Assembly (NCBI RefSeq): GCF_964194155.1
Contig: NC_135903.1
Coordinates: forward strand, 8,308,001 to 8,372,000
Reading direction: 5' to 3'
DNA from: Cetorhinus maximus
Lineage: Eukaryota
Length of the DNA: 64,000 nucleotides
The notes under the pieces are model-generated. The model was not told the origin of the DNA and searched no databases. It saw only the letters and a program-made list of their open reading frames with translations. The translations under genes and the position numbers were made by a program. Positions 38,940 to 51,900 of this stretch are shown here, piece by piece. Numbering within the stretch: the stretch's first letter is position 1; each line of letters begins with the position of its first letter.

Positions 38940-40661
38940 AGCAAAGGCCATTTTAAACCCTCTCTATAACCATATATTCTTCCCCCAGCTCCTTCTGGGA
39001 TGACATAGGTTCTTTATACTCAGCAGGGGTGGGCTGGAGCTGGAGGGGATGCAGTACACCAGCTCTGCCTGGTGACTTTGAACAAGTTCCTTAAACACGT
39101 CGGCCGCAATTAAAGGTCAAGTTACAAAAGAGGCATCCTTCTCCTCTCGGTTCAAACTGTGTTCAATGAATTGCCCCTCACACCAGAGATACAAAGCAAT
39201 CAATCACCGCTTATAGATCCTTAAAAATCAGTCACCACACTGTAACTTAAAACATATTCTCTCCTTTCTTTTGTGTTGCTAAGTGATCAAACGACGAGTG
39301 AAATGGAAAGTAATTAAAGATAAAATTATAGTGCCGGACAGCGCCCAGCATGGAAAGAAGATTGGGGTGTCATGAAAAGCCAATCACAGCCACGAATTAC
39401 TTATGGGCATATTGCTCATTTTGAGGAAGACGTGTGTTTTTAAAGAAATACAAGAAAGGACACTGAGTAAAAGATGGCTGGAAAATTCCTATGTGGATTA
39501 TACTGACCGGCCTGTCCTGAGAGAACTTGGAATGTCACACCTGAAAAGGTATCATGGCCTTCTTCAGAGCAGAGGCACTTAAAAGATAGAAAAGATGCAA
39601 AAGACTTGGCTTTAACCTCCCGTGACTGCAGAGAAAAAGACGGATTACCACGCCCCAGCAGTCATCTAAAATCCACCTCCTGTTGATTCATATCTCAGGA
39701 TGGGTAAAATGGTCGGAGATCAAAGAAAAGAGACTCTGGGCACAAGACACGTTTTTTTCCCCCTTACAGGAATACACAGGGCAAAATGGGTAAAACGCTA
39801 GCTGTGGATCAGCGCAGCGTGTGCTGTGTGTGAGGCAGCAAGAAGACGACCAACTGGTCACCCCTGCAGTTGCAGGCAAAGTCTCTCTCTCTCTCTCACT
39901 CTCTGTTGCTGGAGGCAAGGCATGGCAGAAGCCACAAAAAAGGGGGAAATAGAACAGCTTCTTCAGCTACCCTGCAGAACCAAGTGTCTCCAAACCCACT
40001 GTGAAACTGCCAAAGTCAGCTCTACCGGAATCACCCAACTTAATAGCGGCAACGTTTTGCCTTCTATGCCTCACGGACAAGCCAAACACCAAATCATATA
40101 TCTTAAAACTTTTATTTGGATTCTTAACTTCTTATTTCTGTTCTGTATGTATGCGTTGCATTTTTATTATTTTTCTCAGGTTTCTTGTGACCAATAAGCT
40201 TACTCTTTCTTTGACTCAAGAAAGCCTGGTTAAGTTGGCTCCTTCTGAAACATAATTAGGTTTGGACTGGGAAAGGGTGTCCAGAGGGGAATAAATTTAA
40301 ATAAACCTTGTTGCAACCAACCGAGGGGGTTGAATAAAGAAGGGGAGCCAGTTCATTCCTCCTCACCTGGAGCATCACAAAATTAGGGTCTCATCCGGAA
40401 TGTTAACAAATTGGGGGACCTCGCCCGGGGACCAGTCACAACAGAAGGTACTTCAAAGGATAGAGGTTGGGTCATTTCAAGTTTGGATTTTGAAAGCCTG
40501 GAGATTTGTACAAATGACTCGGGCCCATATTCTAGATTTTTCTCCCTCACTCCACACTAATGAAGGCACCTGTCTGACCAAACTTCTGGTCGCTTTTCTT
40601 AGAATTACCACTCTGTGAAGCGCTTTAAGATGTTTTCCCATGTGACAGATGCTTTATACAG

Positions 40662-41180
40662 TGTCAACCATGGCTCAGTTGGTAGCTATCTGTCTCCGAG
40701 CTGGAAGGATGTGGGTTCAAGTTCACATCCGGGACTGACAGTCTAGTGTGGTACTGAGAAAGTGTTTTGGGTGAGAGGTTAAACTGAGGCCCTATCTGCC
40801 CTCTTGGGGATGTAAAAGATCCTCTGGACCCATTTCAAAAGAGGGAGGCAGTTCACCCCAGTCTCCCAGCCAATATTAATTCCTCAGTCAACATCAGAAA
40901 AACAGGTTTTCTGGTTGTTTGCCTCATTGCTGTTTGTGGGATCTTGCTGTGCACAAACTGGCTGCTGCATTTCCAATATTACAACAATGAGGGGGCAGAT
41001 GGAGCCTCGGTTTAACATGTTACCTGAAAGACAGCACCTCCAATGGTGCAGCATTCCTTCAGTGCTGAACTGCAATGTCAGCTTTGATTTTTTTTTTGTG
41101 TTCAAAGTCCTGGAACGCGACTTGAAATCACAGCCTTCTATTTCAGGGGCAAGAGTGCCACCCACTGAGGCACAGCTAAC
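40662..41180. mobile_element. Two Deu-SINEs tail-to-tail (+ about 40662-40988, - about 40990-41180)
   Basis: tggctcagttggtagc head on +, and an inverted head ending gtgccacccactgaggcacagct. Confidence 0.8.
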
Positions 41181-41853
41181 ACAATCTAACAGGTCTTTGC
41201 AAACACATGTAAATTAGTTAACTATTACTATTTGCTTTTGAGACTTTTCATTTGCACAAAGTATAATCTTGTCTCTCCTTCAGCTCCCTCGGCCCTAATC
41301 TCTGGGATTCACTGCCTTAACCTCTCGACTTCTCTCTCCTCTAAAACATTCCATGCCTCATTCATTTGTCATCTGTCCCAATGTGGCTTGGTGGCAAATT
41401 TTATTTGGTAATGCTCCTGTAAAGCACCTTTGGGCATTTACCACATTAAAGACACTACATAAATGCAAGTTGTTGTTGTTATATCTACCTGAGCAATGTT
41501 GTGGCACGTTTTTAGGTAAAGGTGCACTAAAATGTCTAAATTTATTTATCCCTGAACCCTGTGCCCTCTTAAATACATATAAGATTGCAATGCATTCTCT
41601 GAAATATTACATTATCCCTCCCTCAACATCGTTCTGCCCACCTATCATAATGAGAAACTATAAATTTATGTGCCCATAATTCATACATCCATCGTGCATA
41701 TATCCTCAGCCCGCCAGCTGCTTTTGCCTGAATGAATTAACACAACCACCTCTTATAAGCGAGCCCCCAGTACTCAAGCAGCTGAGCAAATCAAAACATC
41801 ACTGCAGTGCTTGATCCCTTGGAAGAGTAACCCTTTGTTGACTGGATTGCATT

Positions 41854-42365
41854 TTGCACACTAGAGCCCCCTATGGGTTGCACACTAGAGCCCCCTATGG
41901 GTTGCACACTAGAGCCCCCTATGGGTTGCACACTAGAGCCCCCTATGGGTTGCACACTAGCGCCCCCTATGGGTTGCACACTAGCGCCCCCTATGGGTTG
42001 CACACTAGCGCCCCCTATGGGTTGCACACTAGCGCACCCTATGGGTTGCACACTAGCGCACCCTATGGGTTGCACACTAGCGCACCCTATGGGTTGCACA
42101 CTAGCATACCCTATGGGTTGCACACTAGCGCACCCTATGGGTTGCACACTAGCGCACCCTATGGGTTGCACACTAGCGCACCCTATGGGTTGTACACTAG
42201 AGCACCCTATGAGTTGCACACTAGCGTACCCTATGGGTTGCACACTAGAGCACCCTATGAGTTGCACACTAGCGTACCCTATGGGTTGCACACTAGCGCA
42301 CCCTATGGGTTGCACACTGGAGCACCCTATGGGTTGCACACTAAAGCACCCTATGGGTTGCACAC
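41854..42365. repeat. 24-bp minisatellite, 21 full units plus a partial (TTGCACACTAGCGCACCCTATGGG consensus)
   Basis: Directly visible period of 24. It generates the repetitive ORFs LHTSAPYG, MGCTLAHP and SVQPIGCA. Confidence 0.98.
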
Positions 42366-42653
42366 CCACCCCATTTCCCCATATCCCCACTTCCGTACTC
42401 CCCACCCCACCACCTCACCGTGCACTCCCCCCCACCCCCCCGCACCCCACAACTACCCACTTCCTTTAAGTTTCGTTTTGTTGCACTCGGAAATGAGAGA
42501 AAGATTTGGAACTTTCATAACCCCAGTACCTCCCAAAGCACTTTACAGCCAATGAAGTACTTTCGAAGTGTAGTCACTGTTGTAATGTAGAAGGCGCAGC
42601 AGTCAATTTGCACACAGCAAGTTCTCTACAAACAGCAACCAGATAATGACCAG

Positions 42654-43284
42654 GGGGACAATTTTTTCTATGGCGGGCAGGCTGGGTGGGAGCGGGGGCG
42701 GGCGTGGAGCTGATTGCCGCCCGTAATCGGCTATGTGCTGCCATTTTATGCAGGCGTGCCAATTAAGGCCCGGCCAGGATAATACACGCCTGGTAGCGCT
42801 CAGCGATACCTGTGCGGGGAGGGGAAGGAGGGAGAGTTGGGGCCTGCGCTTTGTCGTGCATGCGTGTGAAGGAGTGCAGCAATCTCCCCGAGGCACAGCG
42901 CTGCCTCAGGAAGCTTAAATAGATAATAAAGCTTTTTAAAAAATAAAAGTAAAAAATTATTTAAACATGTCCCCCTCATGTGACAGTGTCGAATGAGCTG
43001 GGACATGTTTGTGAAATTTGCAAAATTTATTTATTTATTTTATAAGACCTTCAGGAAACCTCATCCCATCCGTGGATGAGGTTTCCTGAAAAGTGCAAAG
43101 GCCACTTGGGCTCTTCGCCTGCCGCCAACCTTAAGGTTGGACGGGCAGCGGTGTTAATAAGTTAAATTACTTTTTTAATGGCCTTAATAGGCCGTTGACA
43201 GTTTGGCCAGTGCGCACCCGCTGAACGAAATATCGAAATGGCACGCGTTGATGTTGGGCACACGCCAACAGCAATATTCTGCCC
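42654..43284. mobile_element. GC-rich MITE with 3-bp TSD (CAG), PIF/Harbinger-like, inserted in a Deu-SINE
   Basis: Termini GGGGACAATTTT / GGGCAGAATATT(rc). CAG at 42651-42653 and 43285-43287. The SINE resumes after the insert. Confidence 0.7.
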
Positions 43285-44267
43285 CAGATGCTCTGTTTAT
43301 AGAGATGTTGGTTGAGCAATGAAATATTGAGCAGGACACTAGGGAGAATTCCCTTCTGAAGTTCGGATAAACAGCCATCAACCTGAAACACTAACTGTTT
43401 CTCTCTCCACCACTGCTCCATGACCCACTGAGCCTCTCCAGGATTTTCTATTTTTATTTCACGACTCCTCTTTTCTCTGAAGTAGTGCCGTGGGATCTTT
43501 TACACCCACCTGAAAGACAGCACCGTTGACAGTGCAGCATTCCCTCATTACTGTACTGGAGTATGTCGGACTTTAGATTATATGCCCAAGGCTCTGGAGC
43601 GGGGCTTGAACCCGTGACCTTCTGAATCGGAGGCAAGAGTAGGATGGCCGGATGCCCGGATTTATACTGCACAATCCGGCTTTTAGTTGGTCCGGCCACT
43701 GTCCAGTACAGAATGACTTTATATCCGGTACTTTGTGCCGTAGCACGTTTACCACAGTGAAGCACTGGCAAGGGCCTGTGCTTGTTCCTTTTCCCATCTG
43801 CAGCGACTCAGAGTTACTGGGACACCAAACACAGGTTTTTTTTTTGTGTTTTTTCCCCATCCCCTCCCCTTACACCTCTGTTGTCCCTCAAACCGTGAGA
43901 AACCTCTGTATGCAATGACATCACGCCGTGTGTCACGATGGTGTCCAGTATTAGTGGCCTTTGCTAGTGGCCACTCTCGGCGAGAGCTGCTGAGCCAATG
44001 CTGACACCGATAGTGGAGGGATGATATTGCTGGGAAATGGAATACCTTAGAATTCAGGCATTTTGAAGCAGATAGACTCAGGCCCAGTTAGGCTCACGTG
44101 CAGCATGTTCACTGACATGGGCCCGTCAGACTGTTTCTCTGCTGTAAATTCTGACAGCATAGATAGATGTAGAGCTCTCTGGCTCTCTCTCCTAGCTCAT
44201 GACATGTTCTCCTCAGCCTCAACCTCAGAATGAAGCCCCATCCCTCTCCTGCCCTACTGCACCATAG

Positions 44268-46300
44268 GAAACATAAGAACATAGGAGCAGGAGTAGGCCA
44301 TTTGGCCCATCGAGCTTGCTCCACCATTGAATTAGATCATGGCTGATCATCTACCTCAATGCCACTTTCCCGTGTTATCCCCATATCCCTCAATGTCATT
44401 AGTACCCAGATCTAATTGATTTCTGTCTTGAACATGCTCAATGATTGAGCTTCCCTCTGGTGTAAAGAATTCCAAAGATTCACCACCCTCCAACTGAAGA
44501 AATTCCCCCTCATCTCAGTCTTAAATGGCCTACTCCTTATTCTGAGACTGTGTCCTCTGGTTCTAGACTCACCAGCCAGGGAAACATCCGATTCACATCT
44601 ACCCTGTGATGCCTTGTGAGGTCTTAAGTTACTTAAGTTTCAATGAGATAATTCTTTGAAACTCTACAGAATACAGGGCCAGTTTCCTCAATCTCCCTCC
44701 TCATAAGACAATCCCGCCAAGCCAGGGATTAGTCTGGTGAACCTCCGCTGCACTCCCTCCTTGGCAAGTTTATCCTTCCTCAGGTAAGGAGACCAAAACT
44801 ATACACAATACTCCAGGTGTGGTCTTATCAAGGCTCTATACAATTGCAGCAAGGCATCTTTACTCCTGTACTCAAATCTCCTTGGTATGTTGGCCTTCAT
44901 CGCATTTGCCTTCTTAATTGCTTGCTGTACCTGCCTGCTAGCTTTTAGTGATTTAAGAAAAGGATACCCAGGTCTCTTTGGGCATCAAAATTTCCCGACC
45001 TCTCACCATATGAAAAATGCTCTACATTTCTGGTTTTTTCCACCAAAGTGGATATCTTCACATTATTCATCTGCCTTTTTCTTGCTCATTCACTTGGTCT
45101 ATCCAAGTCCCCTTGAAGCCTCCTTGCATCCTCCTCACAACTTACAAATCTAGTCGGGAATGTGTCATCAGCAAATTTGGAAATATTACCTTTAGTCTCC
45201 ACATCCAAATCCATTGATATAGATTGTGAACAGCTATGGCCCCAGCACTGATCCTTGCAGTACCCCACTAGTAACAGCCTGCCATCCTGAGAATGACCCA
45301 TTTATTCCTATCTCTGTTTTCTGTCTGTTAACCAATTCTCAATCCGTACTAGTATATCACGCCAAATCCCATGGGCTGTAATTTTGTTTACTAACCTCCT
45401 GTGTGGGACCTTATCAAAAGCCTTCTGAAAATCCAAATACACCACATCCACTGATTTTCCTTCATCTATGTTACAAGGAACATCCTCACAAAACTCCAGT
45501 GGGTTTGTCAAACAAGATTTCCCTTTCATAAATCCATGTTGACTGCCAAATTTCACCATTACCACCAGTTATCACATCCTTTATAGTAGACTCTAACATT
45601 TTCCCCGATACCGACATCAAACGAACAGGCCTGTCAGAGTTCTCCATTTTCTCTCTCCCTCCTTTCTTAAATAGTGGGGTTACATTTGCTACTTTCAAGT
45701 CTGCAGGGACCTTTCCAGAATCTATAGAATTTTGAAAGACAACCACAAATGCATCCACTATCTCTATAGCCAGCACCTTCAACACTCTGGGATGTAGCTC
45801 ATCTGGCCCAGGGGATTTATCAACCTTCAATCAAATTTTTTGATTACTGCCTCTTTATTAATACTAATTTATTTCAGTTCCTCATTTTCACAAGTCCCCT
45901 GGTTCTCTCGTATTTCTGGAAGATTTTCTGCATCTTCCTCCGTGAAGACAGACAGACACAAAGTAACTGTTTAGTTTCTCCGGTATAAATTCTGCTGCCT
46001 CCGCCTGCAATGGACCTACGTTTGTCCTTGTTAATGTTTTCCTTTTCACATACCCGAAGAAGCTTTTACAGTCCACTTTTATATTTCTCGCTAGCTTGCA
46101 ATCATTCTCTTTTCCCTTTCTTTATCAGCTCCCTGATCCTCCTTTGCTGGGTTCAAAATTGCTCCCAATCCTCAGGCTTACCACTTATTCCAATGACCTT
46201 ATAAACCACTTCCTTTGATCTAATGCAATCTTTAACTTCTTTCGTTAGCCACTGTTGATTTATCTTTCCTGTTGGGGTTTTTGCATCTTAGAGGAATTTT
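44268..46300 (-). mobile_element. CR1-clade LINE (HER1-like) ORF2 fragment of about 2 kb, decayed and internally deleted
   Basis: RT motifs KSPGPDELHPRVLK, SQHGFMKGKSCLTN, YLDFQKAFDKVPH and SKFADDT in broken frames. CR1 3' tail ggcctactcctgctcctatgttcttatgtt on the minus strand. Confidence 0.95.
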
Positions 46301-46359
46301 TATTTCCACTTCTCCCACCAGCCACCCCTGAACGCTCGAGAGGGATTCACAATACGATG

Positions 46360-46702
46360 GGAGTGCTGCGCTGCCAACGGTGCTGTCTTTCGAATGAGAT
46401 GTTAAACTGAGGCCCTATCTGCCCTCTCAGGTGGGCATAAAAGATCCTACATCTACTATTTTGAAGACGGCAGAGGGAGCTATCCTCAGTTTCCTAGCCA
46501 ATATTTATCCTTCAATCAACATCACTAAAAGCAGCTAATCTGGTCATTAGCTGTCTGTGGGATCTTGCTGGGCAAACATTGACTGCCGAGTTTCCTACAT
46601 TATAACAGTGACTACACTGCAACTTCACTTCATTGGCTGTAAAGTGCTTTGGGGTGTCCTGTGTCGTGAAAGGCGCTATAGAAAATCAAGTCTTTCTTTC
46701 CT
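46360..46702 (+). mobile_element. Deu-SINE (other plus copies at about 1805-1935, 60100-60372, 62110-62552)
   Basis: Deu core and tail aaaggcgctatagaaaatcaagtctttctttc. Confidence 0.88.
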
Positions 46703-47303
46703 TTGTGCCTTGGAACTGCCAGCATCTGGACTGAGACTGCCCAAGTCATTTCATGTAGAACGCCTGAAGCCAACAGCTGGCAAAGACTTTCAGCTCCCCA
46801 CCACTTTGGGCTCGACATGAACCCCGAAGTGTAATGCTCATGTGTAACCTGCCACACCTAGTCCACTTGAGGCACCTCCAACTTTGAAATAATTCTTGAG
46901 GTGCCGATTCACAATACATAAGCCCAGATCGTTTACTGGTAATCCTGCCCAAACGCTCACCTTCATGTGAGTATGGATGATGAATGCTAACAGGCTATTC
47001 GACTCAGGGTGCATCATATCCAAGCTTGATCCACACACATGAGGGGATCAGGGCAGTGGCACAGGGGCCCCTGGCTGATTTCTCTAACGACTAAACCACG
47101 GGACAGTGAAGCCTAGTGTAATAAAGCTGCCACGGCTGGCTACATCAGTTTGGATCTAGTAGGTCTGCTCTCTAAGGCTTTAAATCACATTTTCTGCTTT
47201 ATTTACCCATTGAGCCAATTGGGGGAGCTGTAGCAACATCCACTTGAAAGATCAACTTGAATGGGATTCACAGGAAAGCGTTAAAGGTTAAGCATTTCGG
47301 TAC

Positions 47304-47879
47304 CTGAACCCAGAAGCGAAGGTTCTATTGATAGACTTGGGATGGCTCCACTGTGGCTTGTTGATGCTGTTAACTTTGGGAGTGCGGGGCTGGTGATGCA
47401 GCCACTTGGGTCAGTTGCTGATGATGTAATGAGGGAGATGGGGATTGCCAGACTTGGGTTGCTCTCGTTTTTGCTCCCTTTGGGCCTCCCCCGTCCATGT
47501 TTGCTTTTCTTGCTGGCCTTGTGCTTCTTCTCCTTCACCGTCTCTTCCTCTTCCATCCCGGCCACCGGCTGAGGTCGCTTGTAGCCGGCTCCTCCGCTCG
47601 AAGGGCCGCCCATCCCACTGGAAGTCCTAAAGTCCCCGGGCGCGCTCTCGGGGGCTTTCTTCGGGACCGGAGGAGGGGAGGTGAAGCGGATCAAAGAGTT
47701 AAAGCCCGACAGGGTCCCTTCCCCGCCAAAAACGTCCCCTTTCGCCGTGTCGTAGGAGGCAGGGCTCTGCGAGGAGTTGCGACCCGCTGAGTAAGTGTCC
47801 CCTCGTAGTTCAGGCTTGCTAAATATTCCAACCTCCTGGGAAGGCTGCAGTGAGCTGCTGGAGGTGCTCAGGAGACTGC
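47304..47879 (-). CDS. MLLT6: MLLT6/AF17 coding exon (576 nt, phase 1/1) with NLS-like KEKKHKASKK and AT-hook GRGRPKGS
   Basis: Extends ORF 47281..47694 upstream in an open frame. Acceptor caattacag|GC, donor TCAG|gtaccg. EEETVKEKKHKASKKSKHGRGRPKGSKN matches the family AT-hook region. Confidence 0.95.
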
Positions 47880-48534
47880 CTGTAATTGAATAACAGACAC
47901 ATTTTTAAGGATAGTATTCCCAACATTTTCTGTTTTTATTTCAGATTTCCAGCACCCACAGCACTTTACTTTTGCACGATTTATTAAGGCTGGTGTAGAG
48001 TAAACAACACGTAATCCTCTGCTGAGATCCAACTCACCCCCGCCCCAAACACTATCGGCAGAAATCCATCGCCTTCCATTTAATAACGAGGGCCATTTTT
48101 CTTCAAAGTGTACAGTTTGTGTTTCACTCACAGTGGGGTCATTAAAGCAGCTTATTAATGTCCCATTCTCACCTTAAAACACATGCTAATCTCTAACTGT
48201 TTGTCTAAGTGGATCGCTTTAGCACCTCATTACTGGCAATTATCAGCACCCAGCTATTCCAAGTGTCACCTCGTGCTTCAAGAGCTTTCAATCATTTTAA
48301 ATGGCGCTATTAATGTAAATATAATTTCTCTCAAAAAAATGTGTGTTATTGTACGCCTGTTACTGCCTATTCCCATGTGTTAAAACTGCTGGAAGATGAT
48401 TGACTGGAGACATTGCACAGAATTTTTCATTTGGCTAGAACCAATGTGTTTTCATGCTGCACTATGGTATACAAGGTAACATGTTAGAAGGATTTTGAAA
48501 TGTTACCTCCAGAGCAATAAGAGGGTCACTAAGA

Positions 48535-48992
48535 AAACTTGCATGTATCTGTAGAACTGTTCACAACCTCAGGATGTCCCAAAGCACTTTACAGCCAACA
48601 AAGAACTTTTGAACTCTAGCCACAGTTCGGATGTAGAAAATGCAGCAGCCAATTTGCTTTCAACAAGCTCCCACAAATAGCAACATGACAGTGACGAGAT
48701 AATCTGCTTTAGTGATATTGATTAAGAGATAAATATTGTCCAGGGCACTGGGGATAACTTCCCTGCTCGTCTTCAAAATAGTGCCATGGGATCTTTAACA
48801 TCCACCTGAGAGGGTTAGATGGGATCTCGGCCCAATGTCTCAACCAAAAGACAGCACACCTGACCGTGCAGCACTCCCTCAATAATGCACTGGAATATAA
48901 ACCTTGATTTTTGTGTTCAAGTTCTGGAGGGGGATTCGAACCCAGAACCTTGTAACTCAGAAGTGAGAGTGCTACCAACTAAGCCTTCACTG
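48535..48992 (-). mobile_element. Deu-SINE, near full length
   Basis: Reverse Deu core and tRNA-like head ending gtgctaccaactaagcc. Confidence 0.88.
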
Positions 48993-51900
48993 ACCAAACA
49001 TTGGAGCTGAGTATAGCAGATTGAGGATTTAATTGGGTAGATATGAAGAATCCACTTCCTCTGGTGGGGGAATCCAAGGGGGCATTACCTTAAAATTAGA
49101 GCTGGGCTCTTCATGGACAAAACCTGGAAGCAATTCTGCATTCAAAGGGTGGTAGAAATTTGCAACTCTTTCCCCCAAAAGGCTTTGGATGCTGAACCTT
49201 AAATGAAGCTTCCAAAGTGGAGATTGGTAGATAATTACTGGGTAAGGGTACCGAAGAATGTGATGCCAAGTCAGGATAATGGAACTGAGGTTTAGACCAG
49301 CCATGATCTGATTGAATGGCAGTGCAGGCCTGAGAGGCTTAATGGCTGCTCCTAATGTTCCTCTCTCATTGCTGTTTTTGGAACATTGCCGTGTACATAA
49401 AACAGCCATCACATTTATCTACATAACAGTAGCTGCATTTCAATATAGTTAATTATTTGAATGGCAAAATAAAGTAATATTCTGGTGTATATCTTTTACT
49501 GTTAAAGTTTCCCACACAAACTTTCTTATCAGGCATTTTCCTATTATAACTAATGTGCTTTGCCTACAACATTTCAAAAGTAATACATGAGCTGCCAAGT
49601 ACTTTGGAAGGTCCAGGGGGTGGGGGGGAGCACAGTGAGATTAGTTGCGTTATTCTTGCAGAGAGCTGGCACAGACATGATGGGCCGAATGGCTTCTTCC
49701 TGAGTTGTTACCATTTTATGCTTCTATCATACATGCAACAAAACCTGTACCTGATATTTATATATTATGTTGTTTGTCCTTTATTTTTCTTATTCATTCA
49801 CTGGATGTGGGTGTTGTTGGCATTTATTGCCCATCCCCAAGTTCAGCGGGTGTGGCTTGCTAGGCCAGTTCAGGTGGGCAGTTAAGAATCTTTGGTGTGG
49901 GACTGGAGTCACATATAGGTCAGCCCAGGGCAGGTTCCCTTCCCCAAAGGACATTCGTGAACCAGTTCAGTTTTTACAACAAGCCAACAGCTCCATAGAC
50001 ACTTATACTAACACCAGATTATCATTTTTGCAGGTTCTTTTGAAAAAACTTCAATTCAAATTCTCCAATGGACATTGTAGGATTTGGCCTCCTGTTTTGT
50101 GGATTATTAGTGCAGTAACAAAACCACTGCAGACCCTTTGAACTGTCTACGATCTAAGTGACGAGATCTCCCAGCTCAAATACATCAGGATCAGCAAACA
50201 GATGTCTCAGGTTCCAATGTACAGGATTTCCAATGGAACTTTGAGCACACAGGACTCAACAGTGGAACTGATTCAAACCCTCTGTGGAGACCTGAAGTGG
50301 GAGTTAGGAACAGAAAAGACAAACTAAAAGGCAAGTGTCTTTCTACCTAGTGTTCTAAGTATTGCAAAAGATTTACAGCACAGGAACAGGCCTTTCAGCC
50401 CAACTGACCTATGCTGGTGCTTATGCTCCACACTAACCACCTCGCACCCTTCACCTCGCTCAATCAACATATCCTTCTGTTCCTTTCTCCCTCATGTTTT
50501 TATTTAATTTCCTTGTAGTAGTGAGTTCCACATTCTAACCACTCTCCGGGTAAAGAATTCCCTATTGGATTTATTAGTGATATAACCTTATATTTATGGC
50601 CCTGGGTTCTGGACTCGCCCACTCACAGAAACATCTTCACTATGCTGAGCACGTCAAATCCTTCATAAAGGCCTCTATCAGGTCAACCCCCAGCCTTACC
50701 TTTTCAACAGAAATGATTCCCTGATGATTTAATCTTTCCTTATAGAGCGCGCACTGGGTATAATTTTAGCAAATCTCTTTTGCACCTTCTCTGATGTCTC
50801 AATGTCCTTCTTAGAGAAGAATAGAAAAAAATTTCAAATTTCTCTTTCTAAAACGTCACCTAGCTGAGGAAGTACATAATACAGGGAGCACTTGAAGGAC
50901 AATTCGTTAAGGGTGAGCCAGGCTGTTCCGACTGTTATGGGATTGCCTCAACACCTCTGGGCTGGAGGGGGAAGCGGGTCGGACCTGCGTGTTTGATTAG
51001 TTTTCAGTAATCGTTGTTGGATAAGCAATCAGTGGCAGGAATGAAGGATGTGTGGCGTAGTGGGTAGTGTCCCTGTCTCTGGGTGAGGAGCTCCGGGTTC
51101 AAGTTCCACGGCAAGACTTGTTGGCCATGGAAGGAGTGTTTGTGACCCGGTTCAATGGGCTGATAATCAGCCTGGGAATCCTTCCACCACCTCCCCACTA
51201 TTCCCCAAAGGGAGAAATTGTGTGTTGAAGATATGCTAAAAAAAAATAGTAGTGGGAATTCTGCTTAATCTCCTTCCTTCCCCACCCCAACCCTCCAATG
51301 TGCCCCTGTAGAGTTATGACTAAACATAAAGTTCTCTACAAGCAGCTGGGCTGAGAGCAGCTAGCTCAGCATAGGCTGTGAGCCTGGCCTCTTGCTGATC
51401 TGTCCAGCTCCATTCCACCTCAGAACAGAACAGTGTTCGTATCAACTGAGCCATGCAATGCTGCCTGAGTGCTTACTGCAGCCAGGACAGAGGGTGATTG
51501 ACAGTGGATTACATGGACATAATCCAATCAAAGGGCTCAGATGACATCACAAGAATCCCAAGAGATGGAGCTTCAACCCGTCTGTTCATCAGCCGGGTCA
51601 CGAGACGAGATTACTGCCTGAAATCCTGACAGACGTCTCCAAACACTTCAATTACATAGCGTTTAACAGACAATGAAACTTACTTCTGCACTGAACTCGA
51701 AAGCCATGAAACTGGACCACACGGCTCCTTGTTTATGTTGGGAGATGTGAATTAGAATAAGATTTGCATTCTCTCACAGTCACATGCTACATTATAATTT
51801 CACCTCATCTTGAAAGCATAGTAAAGAAGGAACATGGGAGCAGGGATTAATGCAAAAGCAAAATCTGACCCTTCAAACAGAACTGCTCAGTCATCAACCT

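Noticed and set aside
41791-42555. Three long repetitive ORFs, or a CRISPR-like array
   Set aside because: Pure 24-bp tandem repeat with no unique spacers. The ORFs arise because the unit is a multiple of 3 and lacks stops in those frames.
51048-51120. tRNA-like A/B boxes (also about 57515, 60105, 62115)
   Set aside because: SINE heads followed by SINE bodies; no complete cloverleaf.
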